Below are positions 62,031 through 64,000 of a stretch of DNA of 64,000 nucleotides, piece after piece. A program made the position numbers and the translations under genes. The notes beneath the pieces are model-generated. The model worked only from the letters and a program-made list of their open reading frames with translations, had not been told where the DNA came from and did no database searches. The first letter of the stretch is position 1; each line of letters opens with the position of its first letter. The DNA comes from Takakia lepidozioides (Eukaryota; Plantae; Bryophyta), in contig CM060734.1 in assembly GCA_030704615.1 (NCBI GenBank), positions 44,702,001 to 44,766,000 on the forward strand, in the 5' to 3' direction.

Positions 62031-62858
62031 ATGAATCAATATTGTGCACACACAACTTTGAGACTTCTACTTGACATTAATACAAAACAAACTCTATGTG
62101 CAAAACCGTTGAAATTATTGGAGGAATCCAAATTGAAAGATTTCAAGTCTCCAAGATGGAGAGCCGAACTTAAACTTGTGGCCGCACCACCTTACATAAG
62201 AGTTTGGTTACCAATATTGCCAGAGAGAATTATGAGAGAATACAATGAGATATTTCATCATAGACCAAATTTGATTAGACCATGGGCATCAATTTTGGAG
62301 TCTATCTATGGAGCCATCACTCATCAATTTGATAGCATATTTTCAGTAGAAGGAAGAAATGGAGCTAAACTGATTGTATACCAAAACCGTGATGTTAGAG
62401 AGTTGAATGTGTTTTGGCCATTATTTTACTTTGGTCAAGGTGAGAAACAACACATATTATACATGTTGAAGTTGGACTACTTGGAAACAAGGTGGGCAAC
62501 GGTGAACCCAACTTATGCAACATCGTCATGTTCATTGAAGGACCACAAATGTACTTATTTTTTGGAAAATTGTGATTATGAATATCACCGAAGAAAACGA
62601 TGGGATTGTCGGTGTTATAGAATTAAATCATGTGGGTGTCACTGCCATAACCGACAACCATGCAATTGTCATTGTCACAATATACAAGTATGTGAATGTC
62701 ATTGTCACAAGGTTCAATGTTGTACTTGTCATAATTTAGAAGGCAATGGGTCAAGTTGTCAAAGACGGGAATGTCATATTTGTCATAGCACACGAATTGT
62801 AAAAAATTCTTTGTTCAAGGGAAATGGTATTTGTAATGTAAATAACGTAAATTTATAA
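62031..62858 (+). CDS. Intronless hypothetical protein (275 aa) with C-terminal CxCHCH repeats
   Basis: Uninterrupted ORF in very AT-rich surroundings; 10-aa repeats CGCHCHNRQP / CNCHCHNIQV / CECHCHKVQC. Confidence 0.6.
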   Translation: MNQYCAHTTLRLLLDINTKQTLCAKPLKLLEESKLKDFKSPRWRAELKLVAAPPYIRVWLPILPERIMREYNEIFHHRPNLIRPWASILESIYGAITHQFDSIFSVEGRNGAKLIVYQNRDVRELNVFWPLFYFGQGEKQHILYMLKLDYLETRWATVNPTYATSSCSLKDHKCTYFLENCDYEYHRRKRWDCRCYRIKSCGCHCHNRQPCNCHCHNIQVCECHCHKVQCCTCHNLEGNGSSCQRRECHICHSTRIVKNSLFKGNGICNVNNVNL

Positions 62859-64000
62859 AGTGATTTTTTATGTCAATATGTACTAGTATGTTTTGAATGA
62901 TAATATTGCATGCATCCGTATTTATATCAACGTATGATTGATATAAATACTTAGATTTTACATAAAATAATAATTATAGCAACCACCAAGTTTAAGATTT
63001 AAGCATTTGAATATGTGTACCTATATTGTTTTCAAGTTGTGAAATGAAAATTTGAAATAAAAATACGAAATAATATAAAAAATCAAAGCTTTTCCAAAAT
63101 CCACAAAACATTATAAAATTACATCCACGGTGACCTTGTGCTTAGTGACGTTCTAAATGTAAATACAATATGAATACGATTGCGTTCTTGTCTTGGGCCC
63201 GATTAGTCTTATAGCTAATAATTTTCTCTATTAGTGCAACATACCCAACAATTTGGGTAATTATGAGAACATTATAGTTCTAAAAAGATTGAGTGATGTT
63301 TGGGTCTCTTTAGATGAACAAAGTAAGTAGGTAATGGGGCACTTGCAATTAGGCACACATTAGTTAGTGATCAATTTACTAACTATGGGGGAATAAAGGC
63401 CCCACCTATAGTTAACTTATAATTAGCAGTCGTTAAAATTATGGTGTCACTAAGCTGGCCCTGCTGCATATTGGTTGTTAGTTAGCAGGTCATAACCAGC
63501 TGTTATAGCACCTGTTAGCTAACAAGGCTGCGAAGCAAAGGTCACGTATTTAAATGGTAACAAATTGTTGCATAAAAAAATTTGTTGCATCTACCCAAAA
63601 TGTTTGTCAGTCTCCCCTCTTTTCTCTCCCAATGCGGATTTGGTAGATTGACGACTCTTGAACTCATCATCGGTTCATGTTAGAACGGGATGATAGTCCA
63701 TTGTGAATTATGTATTATTTCCTTCTGGCAGTATGTCTATCTATATTCTCTTGTTCTTGCCCTGGGTTAATTCATTATAGTGCATTGATCACAAAAGAAA
63801 TTGCCAAAGCAAGCGAACTTATAGCCGTCTGAAGGGACTACTGCCTTCCAATGGAAAGATGGACACCTTTATGACATCCAACAAATATATGTGCTTTTGA
63901 ACACACAACCACTAATGAAATGGTATTTTTTTCTTAAAAAAATGGTATCATGCCCTAACCATATATGGTCACATGTGTATTAAGAAGGAGGGTACATAAG

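Noticed and set aside
63221-63360. Second Tc2-like end (TTCTCTATTAGTGC, TTAGGCAC)
   Set aside because: No CCGTA terminus and no partner within the window; may be chance in AT-rich DNA.

Overview
Eukaryotic, most likely non-seed land plant (bryophyte/lycophyte/fern-like) nuclear DNA. This is inferred from GT-AG introns, PLS-type PPR fragments, GeBP and DUF4050 genes and Tcn1-like chromoviruses; the species cannot be determined. Host genes are tRNA-Arg(CCG), a GeBP/STOREKEEPER-like transcription factor with 5 coding exons and a DUF4050 gene, all on the minus strand. Most of the rest is decayed, nested transposable elements. A TA-flanked pair of perfect 25-bp TIRs (8126-29956) encloses about 21.8 kb containing a LINE and four Ty3/gypsy families. 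That block has been rearranged by two nested inversions whose breakpoints can be reconstructed almost to the base; further inversions and tandem duplications occur elsewhere, several with microhomology at the junctions. Other notable items are a dUTPase-like domain before the RT of one gypsy element, an extra 3' ORF in a Tcn1-like element, Crypton-like and piggyBac-like relics, an RLE-type non-LTR element with a (CT)n tail, and an intact orphan Cys/His-rich ORF. All family assignments come from motif recognition by eye, not database searches.
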